Below are positions 1 to 13,345 of a stretch of 64,000 bases of DNA, piece by piece. Under the pieces are notes generated by a model, which saw nothing but the letters and a program-made list of their open reading frames with translations, had not been told where the DNA came from and ran no database searches. The stretch lies in NCBI RefSeq assembly GCF_009914755.1, contig NC_060930.1; one strand, 5' to 3'. Within the stretch, counting starts at the first letter, position 1. Each line of letters opens with the position of its first letter. Source of the stretch: the human T2T-CHM13v2.0 reference genome, Homo sapiens. Made by a program: the position numbers and the translations under genes.

Positions 1-1483
1 GACAGCACATATCTAAGTGTGTTAACTGAATTAGTTGTAAAATAACTTTAATAACATGCTGGTGAAAAGAGAATACAAGTAGTTTTCAAGTTAAAATGTG
101 ACAAATTATGCAAATACAAATATAATCAGGAAGTAAATATAGAGAAAAAATGATGAAAATTAAATATAATAAAATGAAAATTAAATATAAAGAAATACTT
201 TTAAAGGTCACATAATAGGAAAAAATTAAGATAATGGGCTCAAAAGCAGTCATATTTATAGAAGTGGGTACTAGAGATGACACTCAAAAGAAGTAGCTCT
301 TCTGGAACTCTTAAAACTGAGTATACATTTTGTCAGGCTTCCCACCTTTCCCTCTTTGTTTCTAGCTTACCCTTTCTTCTTCAAAGAACTCTTGGATAGT
401 AGTTGAGAATATTTGATTCAGGTAAAGAGAGAGGAGCCACAAATACTGAGAAAATCTTTGCGAAAACATTTTTAAAAGTATGTGTACATTAAAAAACATT
501 TTAAAAGTATAATCAAACAAGCAGATATATATGTCTCAGATTCCTGGCATTCTGATCCTATAACCATCATTACCAGCTGTGTAATGTGAGCAAATCTATT
601 TGCCTCTGTGTGTTTCAGGTTTTGTTTTGTTTTGTTTTATTTTGTGGTTTTTGTCTTATAAAATGACTGGAGTTGGCAAGATACTCTCTCATGTCATGTG
701 TTCCATGTTATGTGTAGTATTATAATTTTAAAATCAACCTTGTCACACAAACCTTTGTTGAGCCATTTAGAGAGGCATTATAAGGCATTTGCTAAAGCTT
801 GCATGTATAACAAAAAGCTAGAAAATTAAGTTGAAGAGTCTCACTTTCTAAATGTACTTTTAAAATGCTGAAATAAGTGCTAAAATCATTCATTGTCAGA
901 AGTAACTCTGCCAGTGGCCACAGAACATGTAATGTCTTGAATGTTTTCCACTTCTAGCTTTTATAATAAGACACCAATGTTACATTTGGAAGAGAGCAGA
1001 TCTGGAAGAGAGTTATAAGTATTGAAATCCTATCTGTCCTGAGAAATAAGTAATCTGAAAAGGAAGAAAGAAAAGGACTTAAAACTAGCTATTGTCAGGC
1101 AGTTAACATTGTGATTTATTATTTGTATTGGTCATTATGTAACTATTAACATGCTGCCTTTTCTTCAAAGTGTCTCCTACATAATAAAAGCTGGAGAGTT
1201 AGAAATAATGAACATTTATTTCTGCATAAAGGAATATGCTGCAGGCTTGAGCTAAAGCTTTTAGAAATCTACATAAGAATTATTATTGAAGTTGTAAAGT
1301 TGATGAGATTTCAGAGAGACAAAGAAAGCAAGGAGAACATAAGACTGATCCTGGTGATACCTATCTTTAGAGCACAGGAAGGCATAGTTAGGTAAAAGGA
1401 ATATCAAGGTGCCTAAATCTAGAGAAGCAGAAGGACTTTAACAAGGGAATGGTTAAGAAAATGAAGAACAGTGGCCGGGAGCT

Positions 1484-1762
<279 letters not shown>

Positions 1763-1788
1763 TTATCCACAGTATTTTCATGGATATA

Positions 1789-1918
1789 ATATACATAGTT
1801 TTAGAGAGACAGGGTCTCTCTATGTTGCTAGGCTGGTCTCAAACTCTGGGCCTCATGTGATCCTCCTGTCTTGGCCTCCCAGACTGGGATTATGGGCATA
1901 ATCCACAACTCCCAGGTG
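1789..1918 (-). mobile_element. FLAM/free left Alu monomer
   Basis: Reverse-complement left-monomer sequence (GAGACAGGGTCTCTCTATGTTGC...GGATTATGGGCATAATCCAC) flanked by the 15-bp TSD ATTTTCATGGATATA at 1774-1788 and 1919-1933. Confidence 0.85.
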
Positions 1919-2429
1919 ATTTTCATGGATATAGACAGAGATTTTCTTGCAGCCAAACCATTACTGACAAAGAACTCCCTCTTGTCTAGTAGAGGAAGGG
2001 TGAGGGAGCTGCAGCCCACACTTGACCTTCTCCCACATTCTCTCTAAACTATACCCATCACTCTCTTTCCTTGCTTTTTAAAAATCCAGAGAACTGATTT
2101 CAAAGCGTGAGACGTGTGAGGGTCACTTTTACACAAAGTTTCATCAGCGGAAATAGCAGCATTTACTAACCCAGAAAAGAGAGTTCATGTAGAGGCTTTA
2201 TGACACATCAGGCAGAAAGCAGCGGCACCAGAACAGAGGTCATGCTTCAGAGCCTAGATGAATGCTGGGTGCTCTGTGAGACCCAGCTTGTTTCTCAGAA
2301 CTTCACTGGCAGCACTGCCTTTACTTTTTCTGATTTCCCCCCTTTTATGTAGCTTAGCCGGATCTCTCTGTCTCTGTTTCTCAACTTCTCCCTTTCTTTC
2401 TCTCCCTACAATACCCTTCTGTGTCCCTG

Positions 2430-2446
2430 TCTCTCTCTCTCTTTCT

Positions 2447-2484
<38 letters not shown>
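2430..2484. repeat. Compound (CT)n-(CA)n microsatellite
   Basis: A (CT) run followed by about 17 CA units. Confidence 0.97.
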
Positions 2485-2486
<2 letters not shown>

Positions 2487-3861
2487 GCATCCTCATAAAA
2501 AAATGCCTTTTCTTTTCCGAGGAAGGGTTATAAGTGAACCTCCACTTTTGATCGCTCTTGTGGGTCACCAACATTAATTAAAACTCATACATAAAGAAAA
2601 GTCCTAAAACTTTTTACCTACCTCAGAGAAGTATCAAAATGTTGACAATTTCAAGGATCAAGCAAAGGCTTTAATAGTAACAAAATTCACATTTAAACTT
2701 TAATAATTTTTAAATAACCACAAGGCTCATCTTTAAAGCAAAGAGTATACCAGATGGTTCTTTGCTGGCACAAATTGTTCTCCATGTTTATAATAGGTTT
2801 CTGTAAGTGCCTTTGATAGACAGCAACCAGTTGTGTTACAAAACAGTGTGACATCAGGTCAATCATGATGAAACTTGATAATGCCACATCAATAATGTGA
2901 CATTTTAAGCTGCAGTTTGGAACAAATTGCTGGAAGGGAAGAAAGTGATATCTAGTAATGAATGAATATTCTAAACAAATGTCAGCTCATCATATTGTGG
3001 TCTTTGTTCATGAAGTTCAAGGCCAAAGACATGATAACATTGACCCTCAGAATCCCTAATGCCTCTTAAATCGAGAAATAAATACATCTCCTGATGTTGC
3101 AAATAACATGTCCTGTTGTTCTCATGAAAAAAAATTGCACTATATAATTTATCTAATTTCACGTCAAATTATTAGGCACATTTGGATACATATTTCAGCG
3201 GAATATACAACTCCTAAAGTACTACAGGCCCTAAAGCCACAATCATAGGATTAGCAGGGTAGGAACAATTGGTTGATCTTCTGTAGGGCAGATTATTCAA
3301 ATCAGCAAATCACCACATAAAATAAACAGAGCTGACCCACCTCTATCCATTAGTAAAGCCACTGTGCTCTGCTCCCCCTGTTTGTGATGGTCATGCCAGC
3401 CTGAGCATAGTGGGTACCGATGGTTTAGCTTAGCTTCAGGAAATTGAAGCAGATAAACAAATCATAAATGGCCTAGAGTGATGTAGGAACTATCTGGCTT
3501 GCAGGAAACTTGATCCAGAAGGAGTGGAGTGGGGTGATGCAGGGAGCAGAAGAAATAAGGTGGTGTCAACTGATAAGAGATGAACTATGACGGGAAACTC
3601 AGAAATACCTATTGGGGAATTTGATCACTTCTCTGACTTGTGTGCTATGAAGACTCTTCTGCATCTACCCACTAAATCTTTACATAATTTCATATTTTTA
3701 GTTCATGTGTTAATGGGTGGATCTGTTTGAAGGAGGGGACATTGTGTGGTTTTGAGACATATGAAAGTAAGAAGTAAATCATTAATAGAAGCTTCATGTA
3801 ACCTAGTCTCCTGCATCTTTGTAGGACTAGTTGACTTGCTATTCTCTAAATATATTTAGAA

Positions 3862-4304
3862 AGGTTCTATGCTTGATCAAATTTTAGTCAGGTTCCTTAA
3901 ACCTTCTAGGCTCATCTGTGCCCTTCCTATAAAATCCAGTTGTAGTAAGAAGTCTGCTAAGTCAGTTTAGCCAAAATGGTCCACGCTTAATATTTCATAG
4001 AGTTTCTCATCCTTTACCATCCCTCAGGTAATATCTCATCTTTCTGGCCTGTTTTCAGCAAGAATCCTGTTAGGTTGGTTTACCCAGAATCCTCCTCACC
4101 CCTGATGTTTCTTCTCAGGAATTTTTCATCCATTAACTCCCACCCTTCTCCCTGGCTATAAATTCCCACTTGCCTATGCTTGACTAAAATCCCATTGCAG
4201 TGGTCCCTAGACCTATCTTGATGGTCCTTAATAAAGTCTTTCTTACCATGCATTCAATGGTAAAACCTCAATTACTTTTGCACCAACTTAATAAGTGTCA
4301 TTGA
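3862..4304 (+). mobile_element. MER31-family ERV1 solo LTR (interrupted near its 3' end)
   Basis: Diagnostic CAGCAAGAATCCTG, CCCCTGATGTTTC, GGCTATAAATTCCCACTTG (TATA) and AATAAAGTCTT motifs; 5' boundary approximate. Confidence 0.75.
4253..4291. mobile_element. Half MADE1 (Hsmar1-derived MITE), single ITR
   Basis: TTCAATGGTAAAACCTCAATTACTTTTGCACCAACTTAA followed by TA matches one arm of MADE1/Hsmar1 ITR. Confidence 0.85.
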
Positions 4305-4599
4305 GGCCGGGTGCGTTGGCTCACACATGTAATCCCAGCACTTTGGGAGGCTGAGGCGGGCAGATCATGAGGTCAGGAGATCGAGACCATCCTGGCTAAC
4401 ATGGTGAAACCCTGTCTCTACTAAAAATACAAAAAATTAGCCAGGAGTGGTGGCGGGCGCCTGTAGTCGCAGCTACTCAGGAGGCTGAGGCAGGAGAATG
4501 GCGTGAACCTGGGAGGCAGAGCTTGCAGTGAGCAAAGATGGCGCCACTGCACTCCAGCCTGGATGACAGAGCCAGACTCTGTATCAAAAAAAAAAAAAA
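4305..4599 (+). mobile_element. AluY
   Basis: Full dimer with AluY diagnostics (GAGATCGAGACCATCCTGGCTAAC, GAATGGCGTGAACC, GAGCTTGCAG), poly(A), TSD AGTGTCATTG. Confidence 0.96.
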
Positions 4600-6411
4600 C
4601 AGTGTCATTGCATTTTTTTCCATCCTGATTTAGTGTCATGGCTCTTTCCCTTCTCTTTCTATGAACTATATTCAGGATTTCTTCAAGATTCATCCCAAGT
4701 GCTGTATCCTTGATAAAGTAGGTTCTAATTTCCTAATTGAATTTTCACTCTTCCTCCTTAAAATATACATAGCATTTTGTAAATATATTTCTTACGATAC
4801 TTAAAATAATCTGGTTGTATTCTAGCTGCTGTGGAAATTAGCTTGAAATGAGGAATTGTGTTTTACTTATCTTCATGGCCACTGAGGTGGCCAGTCCAGT
4901 ACTCAACAAATGTTAGTTAAAGTACATTGAACAAAAATGCTAAATTGTCAATAATAATAAAATTAGTGTCTTTTTATCTGTCCTGGTCCAAATTTAAATA
5001 TTTTAATATCTTAATTTAAATATTTAATTCAGGTGGGTTCTCACACATCCTTGCAAGGTAAATTTATTTTGATAATCCCTTTTAACTATGGTACATAAGC
5101 AGACCCTTTTTTCAAAAGAAGAGTGTGACCTTTAGCACTAATCTGCCATCTTTGAGATGTCAGTAAGTGAAGTTCCCTGAAAACCTTGTATTGGAAGGCA
5201 GAATTGATTATATACAGCAGACAGTATGTGTGGCTGTATTCTGTGTTATATTTTTGTTGGAATGCAGGTTGCTTTACTCAGCAATTGATCAGAGAAATAT
5301 ATTCAAAAGATATATTGTCTTTGACAAATGTTTTCTAAAAGAAGACTCTTTATGCTTTGTCTATTTTTGTTCTTTTAATTCTTTCCTTTGGAAACAGTTA
5401 ATTGAGAACTACATTAAACTTGCCCCAATATCATTTATTTTGTAGTTCACTGTCTTGACAGAGACACAAAAAATGTATCTCACATGGTGTCCTATATATC
5501 ATCCAGTGTCTTTTTCAGTCTCAGGTATCAGCAGGAGTCAAAAGTGATTGATTAGAGCCACAAAAGCGCTTGTATTCTTCTTTCACAAAATTAATCTTTT
5601 TCTTTGCATGTGCAAACTCTGACTTATATTATTAATACATCCTTACTACTACGTGAAGGAAAAAAAGGCAGCCAAACAAGACTAGTTAAAATACCATATG
5701 CTGTGGACCAGGGCAAGAAAGCTTATGCCTTTCAGTTTGGGCTGTTTATTATGAAGATAGCAAAATGTAGCAGCCATTCACAAAGAAAGCACAATGGAAA
5801 AAAGATCATTTAAATTTAACATGCTTGGAATTGACTGCTTTTGCATACAAATAGAAAAAGGAGTATTGTCTACTTCTAAATAAAACTATTACTACATCTT
5901 CATTGCCACAGTCCTTCAGATTTTGTTTACTGGTAGCTGTTGGAGATATTCTGACTTCCTGTAAATAGAATTCCAAGTATTCTGAGAGACAAAATAGAAT
6001 GAAAGTGCACTGCTAAAGATGTGGATTTATTTCCTTAACACATTAAATTCATAGTCAGCAGTAATGTATATCCAGGTGTTTTATCTCAAACACAATATGG
6101 CAAATATTTAAACGCCTTCCAATTTTTGAAAATTTCTCCTTTTCATAAGGTTTGTTAGATTATTTTGGCCTTCAGAATTCCCTATTTCATGGTACCTGGT
6201 CAAAAATGTCATAGCCATTCATTGAACATACATATACTGAGCATCAGTTGTATGTCAGATAGTGTCCTAGGAACAAAAATAAATAAGAAAAAACTCTGTC
6301 ACTCAAGGTGTTCAGAAAAAGAAAAAGAAGAAATAAAACATACTATTGAGTCCAGTAATGGTGAAGTAGCATATATTAGATGTGTACTCTTACGTATATG
6401 AAATATTAACT

Positions 6412-6721
6412 ATTTTTGAAAAATTTTTATTTACTTTATATGTTACATATATTTTTATATATGTATGTATATTTATATATATAATTTCAATAGCTTTGGG
6501 GGTACAAGTGGCTTTTGGTTACATGGATAAATTGTATAGCAGTGAAGTCTGATGTTTTACTGTATCCTTCATCTGAGTAATGTACATTGTACCCAAAATA
6601 AAGTTTTATATCCCTCCTCCCTTCTCCTCCCTTCTGAGTCTCCAATATCCATTATACCACCCTGTATGCCTTTGCATACCCATAGCTTATCTCCCACTTA
6701 TAAATGAGAACACGTGGTAGC
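6412..6721 (-). mobile_element. L1PB-type 3' end, 5'-truncated
   Basis: TTTGGGGGTACAAGTGG...GGTTACATGGATAAATTGTATAG...CCCACTTATAAATGAGAAC, with TSD AAATATTAACT at 6401-6411 and 6722-6732. Confidence 0.85.
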
Positions 6722-6889
6722 AAATATTAACTCTTGATAAAATAGAAAAAGAACTGTTGATGACAGCATAGGTAAAAAAAACAGCAGGAAAAATTGAGGG
6801 GAGTCCATACTCGAATGAAGAGAACCATGCTGTGTTCTAGCTAGATTTATATTACCAGAGTAGCTGGAAATTGAAGGGGAAAAAACTCA

Positions 6890-7159
<270 letters not shown>

Positions 7160-7267
7160 CTACAGAAGCCCAGGAAGGAAATAAGAACTGGAAGGCTGAA
7201 AGAACTTAGCAGAGATTTCAGTACCAGTTGCAAAAGAGAAAAAGTCTGGCGTTCAAATTTCAATATA

Positions 7268-7595
7268 CAGGTAGTCCCTGAATTATGATGGTTGGCTTTA
7301 CAATTTTCTATTTTATGATGCTGTAAAAGTGATATACATTAAGAAAAAAACATATTTTAAATTTTGAATCATGATTCAAAATTCTTTAAAATGTCTTTAT
7401 TGTAAAATAGGCTTTTTGTTAGATTATTTTGCCCAAATGTAGGCTAGTATAGGTTTAGGAGTACATTTAAGGTAGCTTAGGCTAAGCAATGCTGTTTGGT
7501 AGATTAAGTATACCAAATGCATTTTCAATTTATGATATTTTCAAATTGTGATGGTTAATTGGGACATAAATGCATTGTAAATTGATGAGCATCTG
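7268..7595 (-). mobile_element. MER47-family (Tigger5-related) non-autonomous DNA transposon
   Basis: Degenerate TIRs CAGGTAGTCCC... / ...GAGCATCTG, with internal AATAGGCTTT..GTTAGAT.ATTTTGCCCAA and TTTAAGGTAG motifs. Confidence 0.8.
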
Positions 7596-7835
7596 CATTA
7601 GAATAGCTCACATATTTTATTGAAATGCCAGAAAAACACGGCTTAGGAGTAAGAAATATGTTCCAGAACTAAGAAATTTGCCATAGACCTATTGACAAGA
7701 CTGAAATAAGTCCACTTAAAGCCAAAAGCAAGTGTCCAAAAGCTCTAAATGATCCATGAGTAATATAATAACATACTAGAGAAAAAGAAATAATTTTTGA
7801 AGATTTTACACACATCATCCACAATGTCTAGTATA

Positions 7836-8347
7836 CAAACAAGAAAAGCTAGCAGAGGACAAGAGATATTAATAACTAAAATCAGAGAAGAATTAAATGA
7901 AACTGAGATGCAAAAATCAACACTAAAGATTAATGAAACCAAAAGCTGGTTCTTTGAAAGAATGAATAAGATTTATAGACTGCTAAATAGATTATCTAAG
8001 AAAAAAAAGTGAAGTTCCAAATAAGCACAAATCAGAAATGACAAAGATTACAAGTGATCCCACAGAAATATAAAATATCCTCAGAGACAATTATGAGCAC
8101 CTCTATGCACAAAAATTAGAAAATCTAGAGGAAATTGATAAATTTTTGGAAACACACAACCTCCGAAGTTTGAGCCAGGAAGAAAGTGAAAACCTAAGCA
8201 GACCAATAACAAGTTCCGAAATTGAATCAGTAATAAAAAACCTACCAAGTTAAAAAAACAAACCAAAAAAAGATGAATTTACAACAGAATTCTGTCAGAA
8301 ATACAAAGAAGAACCTTTACTAATCCTAGTAAAACTATTCCAAAAAG
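7836..8347 (+). mobile_element. L1 ORF2 internal fragment (Z-domain region)
   Basis: Translation ...[34 protein letters not shown]... matches L1 ORF2; frameshifted. Confidence 0.9.
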
Positions 8348-10178
8348 TCAATAGTATAGTTCTAAAAATTGATAGCATGATATCATACTGCACATATTAT
8401 ATCTCAAAACAGAAAGAGGATACGCCTCATTCTGCCTGAAGGACCAAGTGGAACAGAAAATGCTTCATTGAAGAAATAATACTCGAGCTGAGGGTTGAAT
8501 AGGAATTTGCCAATAATGTAATTTGGGAATGAAAATTGCAAAAAAAAAGGCATAAAGCTATGTGAGATCCTGGTCCATTTGGGAAACACATCTTGGTGTA
8601 AAAGAGAATAGCATGGGCTAGAGGCAGAAGATGAGTCTAAAAGAGCCGAAGTTGAGATTAGAAACCTCTCTGGGAAAGGAAGATATAGTTGAAGAGGACA
8701 TTCTAAGATTTAAGAAGATATTCAAGAGGGAATTAACATTTAACACTCTGAAAAGTAGCCAGGAAACCTGGATAGTACTCTAGCACCTCAGAAACATAGA
8801 GTAAGAGAAGTATCCAGTTAAGTACTATGTGACAATGAATAAATCTTATAGAAAAAACCTTGAGTTTCTTCCCTGCAACTGAGAAAGTTTCATCATCCTT
8901 AAGAATTTTCTTCTGATTTTATCACTGCTGCTTCCCTTATTCTTCTTTCTTTCTTTACATTTCAGGAGATTTTTCACAGTTTAAAAGGTTCTGCTGCTTA
9001 CAATTTCTCAGCTCAACAATGACTTTGCAATCCAGGCAGGACAGGTAGTATTCATCTCATTTTATAATGAAAGAACAGATTATACCATAAATTTCATACT
9101 TCATCACATAATCATATCAGTTATAATTAAACTTTTTAAGCTTTTTAATTTTTAAATCTCACCTTACCGTACTTTGAACAAAATTGATGTTCCAGAAAGA
9201 TGCTATATGTTTATTCTTTAACTTCCAGCCCACTTGGAACATTGGTGCCTGTGCCAAAGAGTGAACAGCGGGCCAGTGGAATCCAGTGTTCCTACGTCCT
9301 TCTGCTCTGACTCCTCCTGACTTGTCCAGTCTTATTAACTGCCACGCTCATGCGGCCATGTACACTCCCCGAATTCAGCACTACTTGTATCATCTTAAGC
9401 CAAGAGATTGATAAACTCCAGAAATAATCTCAGAAATAAATGTTGAATATTTCTAAATCTGACTGATTTTGTTGGTATCTGACTGTTATGGAATTGTCAT
9501 CTATGTTCCCAAGCAGACTCAGGAAATAAAAATTAAAATTAAAAAAAACAGAAATAGTTTAATTGCCCATAGTAAAAATCTTCTAATGAACAGTCAACAT
9601 CATAAATGGAACATGTGACTAAAATAACATGACAGGGGCTTCTATTATTAAAATTCTCTTAGCAATACAATAGGAGCTTCTATTAGGAAAACTCTCTTAG
9701 AACTCTCACTCATAATTTCATTTTGATTTATTCTCCTACTCTTTCTTTTCCTCCTCCTCTTCCTTCTCTTGTTTTCCTCTCCTACACCCCCCTCTTTGTT
9801 TTAAATATTTTTAACAACTGTTATTGATTTCACAAAGTAAACATATGTTTTGATGAAATATTTGGCATCATGTTTATGTTGGTTGTCAAAATTCAGAGAG
9901 ACTTAAAATTCAATTTTCCTGTTGCTTTGTCTGCTCTTTTATGAGTCTATATACATTAGTATCAAATTCACATTTAGTTATTGGGATAAAGTTTCATCAG
10001 GCTTATTACTGAGTTCATTATTCCATAGGACTTCTAGAAAATGTTCTCCCCAAACACCTTTCCACAATGTCTCATATCAGAAAACAGCTAAAAGCTACTT
10101 TACATTAGTAAAATATTCTCAAATTTTTAAAGCTACCCAAAGTGCTCTAAGGGCATATTTCAGTGTTGAAAGAGAATC

Positions 10179-10584
<406 letters not shown>

Positions 10585-10799
10585 TTAGTATAAAGACAGT
10601 CCGCTACCAGAATTCACAGCTGACACCCTTTAGGGTAAAAATCACCTACTTTCCATTACCAATAATTCTTCTAGTTTCTCAGGGCTCCCCGCTTGAAAAG
10701 CAAAGAATCCTTAATGAATGTTTTCTTTAGCAGAAAATACCACACGTTGTTATTATGTTTGCATAAACAATAATCTTTTAAAGAGATGTGAACAATAAT

Positions 10800-11110
10800 T
10801 TTAAAATGTTATATCTTTACCATGTAGTTATCATTTCCAGAGGTCTTTATTTTTTTTTCTGCAAATCCATATTTCCAGGTGTTAGCATTTTCCTTCTGCA
10901 TGAAGGATGAATTTTAACATTTCTTGTAGTGCACTGCTATCTGCAATCATTTCAGGTGTTCTTTTCTCCAGCCTTCAATAGTTTCTTCACACATATGAGC
11001 TGATCAGTATTCAGCTGAATACTCAAGGGGGATGTGTGCAGATTTTCAGGGTTTTCTCTTCATTCAGCTCTCTCCTCTTCAGTATTCTTTCCTGTAAACT
11101 CCAGCCATAT
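10800..11110 (-). mobile_element. Old L1M (L1MC-like) fragments
   Basis: TTTAACATTTCTTGTAGTGC and GCTGATCAGTATTCAGCTGAATACTCAAGGGG...GCAGATTTTCAGG motifs typical of L1MC 5' regions; boundaries approximate. Confidence 0.55.
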
Positions 11111-11175
11111 TTGTCTCCCCAAACTCACGCCCTTCCCCATGTCTCGCAGATGTATATCCTCATTAACTTTCCCCT

Positions 11176-11257
11176 TTTTGATTTGTTTCTGAGCTCTATG
11201 AGGAGAGGGCCCCTACCTGCAAGCCCTATCCTCATAGAGCTCAGAAACAAATCAAAA
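11176..11257. repeat. Near-perfect inverted repeat (35-bp arms, 12-nt loop)
   Basis: 11176-11210 is the reverse complement of 11223-11257 with one mismatch. Confidence 0.97.
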
Positions 11258-11280
11258 TGCTAAGCTGAGTGACTAATATC

Positions 11281-11762
11281 TGAGACTGACAACAAGCTAT
11301 TTTCCTATATGGCAAATGCACCTGACAGCAGTAACTTAACCATACCCTGAGAATGACCCTGTATGGCAGACACATCTGACAGCAATAACTTCAGCATACT
11401 CTGAAGATGACCCTATGTTCTAAAAATAATGTGTGTTCAGAGTTCTGGGCTAAAAATCTGAGAGTGGCATATCTGAATCCCTGACCCATCCCACGTAATG
11501 TGGGCCATGCAGGGGATCAAGGCCCTTTGTTTTGGGTTAAGTGAAAGTTTCTGGGTGGAGTTTGCTAAGGGGATAGTACTATATGAAAATGCTATTAAGA
11601 ACTGCATGCTTTTTATAAATGGTAGCAGTTCTCTTGCCCAGCCTGCTGCCAATGGACTGCCCTATATGTAAGTCCCTCAATAAACAGTTTGTCTTTTTCA
11701 CTGGCTCCAGATCTCTTCTTTGGCTTCTCTAATATGGTAAGTCAATAGGGGTCTGACACACA
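11281..11762 (+). mobile_element. MER66-like ERV1 solo LTR
   Basis: Repeated GCACCTGACAGCA.TAACTT..CATACCCTGAGAATGACCCT, GGCCCTTTGTTTTGGGTTAA and AATAAAC; ends GTCAATAGGGGTCTGACACACA. Confidence 0.7.
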
Positions 11763-11820
11763 TTCTACATTTAGATTTTGACCCAGACTCTGTAACAAAA
11801 CATACCTTTTCTTTTCTGCT

Positions 11821-13025
11821 TGTTATGAATGGAATTGCATCCCCTCAAAAAGACATGCCAAAGTTTCAATCCCCATTATCTTAGAATATGACCTTATCTG
11901 GAAATAAGGTTGTCACCAATATAACTATTTAAGGTAAGATTGCATTGAAATGGAGTAATCTATTAATCCAATATGACTGCTATTCTTATAAGGAGATGAC
12001 ATGAAGACAAAGAAAGAACTTACTATGTGAAGAGGCAGAAAGACACAGGGAGACCATCATGTCATGAAGGAGAGAAGCAGAGATAGGAGTAATAAAAGTT
12101 GTCAGAGCTCAGTAACTGAGACCCTAAAATACAGTACTTTGACATGCTGAACTGAAGAAGAGGCTTCAAGGTCTGTCTGACCTTCCCCACCTCCGCCCTC
12201 CTGTCTCTCAATCCTCTATCTCTCCCAAAGCACAGGATGGAGTTTTCTCTGAAGTTCTCTTATCTGCCTAAAGTCCAGATCTACCGAAGAAGAAAACCTC
12301 TGTCCTTATCCTGGGTTTTAAACAATTGAACGCATATTGCAGAAAGAAAGACTGAAGCTGTCAACATACCTGGGCTGACTTTTGTCACAAATCAGTGTCT
12401 GCTCTGCACATCCAACAGACTTTGTTCCAGGCCATTATATGTTCTTCCCCTAAAGAATTATAAGATGTTCAATCTGGCCATGAAAAAAAACCCGGCTTTC
12501 TCACTTTTTAGCTCTGGCAGAGAGTCTCTCCAAGTAGGTATTTTAGAGGAATTCATATTTATGAATTCCCCTAAAAATCATTTACTGCCCCCTAAAACCA
12601 TCCACACTTCCCATCTCTCTTTCCCCTAAAATGTAGTGTATACAAGCAACTGTAACCCATGGTTTGGTGGAGTTGTCACTCTGTGATTCCCCCCACCCAC
12701 CTCGGGCACACTAATAAATAATTATGCTTATATCCTATTAATATGCCATTTGTCAGTTGATTTTTGGTGAGCCTACAGAAGACAAAGGAAAGTTTTCTTT
12801 TGGCCCCTACGAGCTGCAAGCCAAGGAGTGCCAAGGATTTCTGGCCACCATCAGAAATGAGCAAGAGGCAAGGAAAGATTCTACCCAAAGTTACAGAGGA
12901 AGCATGGCCCTGATTACACCTTGATTTTGAACTTCTAGCCTCTAGAACTGTGAAAGAATAAATGTGTATTTCTAAGGCATCCAGCTTGTGGTACTTTGGT
13001 AGAGCAGCGCTAGGAATCCAATATG
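11821..13025 (+). mobile_element. MLT1C-type MaLR LTR split by a nested ERV1 LTR
   Basis: TGTTATG...GACCTTATCTGGAAATAAGG 5' part and GCTGCAAGCCAAGGA...CTTCTAGCCTCTAGAACTGTGA 3' part; 5-bp TSD CTGCT at 11816-11820 and 13026-13030. Confidence 0.88.
12100..12811 (+). mobile_element. ERV1 solo LTR of the MER34/MER39/MER93 group nested in MLT1C
   Basis: Starts TGTCAGAGCTCAG..CCCTAAAAT..CTTTGACATGCTGAACTGAAGAAG and ends GGAAAGTTTTCTTTTGGCCCCTAC; exact subfamily uncertain. Confidence 0.75.
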
Positions 13026-13345
13026 CTGCTTAAAATGCTTAAGCAAACTTACTCTTCCAGTCCACACCCAAGACTTGATCAAATACTACCAGAAATGTCT
13101 GAACCCTATTTGAGCCCAATCTGGATTCATGTAAAAGCAAAAAGAAAAGCTGCCTGACTTTGCCTAGTGGATGTCAGGAAAATTCATAGAGGAATTTATT
13201 TTTAATTTGCACCTTATATTTTGGTCAGATTTTGCCAACCAAGAGTACCTAGAAAGGGATTTAAGGCAGAGGAAATAGCATGTATATTTTTCCAATTTTT
13301 ATGCCTGATAGTAATACATTTTAAAGGACTATATCAATAAACAGT

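Noticed and set aside
9168-9420. GC-richer unique segment with a minus-strand donor (ACG|GTAAGG) and a plus-strand acceptor-like site
   Set aside because: All frames I translated stop quickly and no matching partner splice site could be assigned; insufficient support.
11006-11023. Perfect 18-bp palindrome AGTATTCAGCTGAATACT
   Set aside because: It lies in an L1M segment whose consensus is, as I recall, already quasi-palindromic here.
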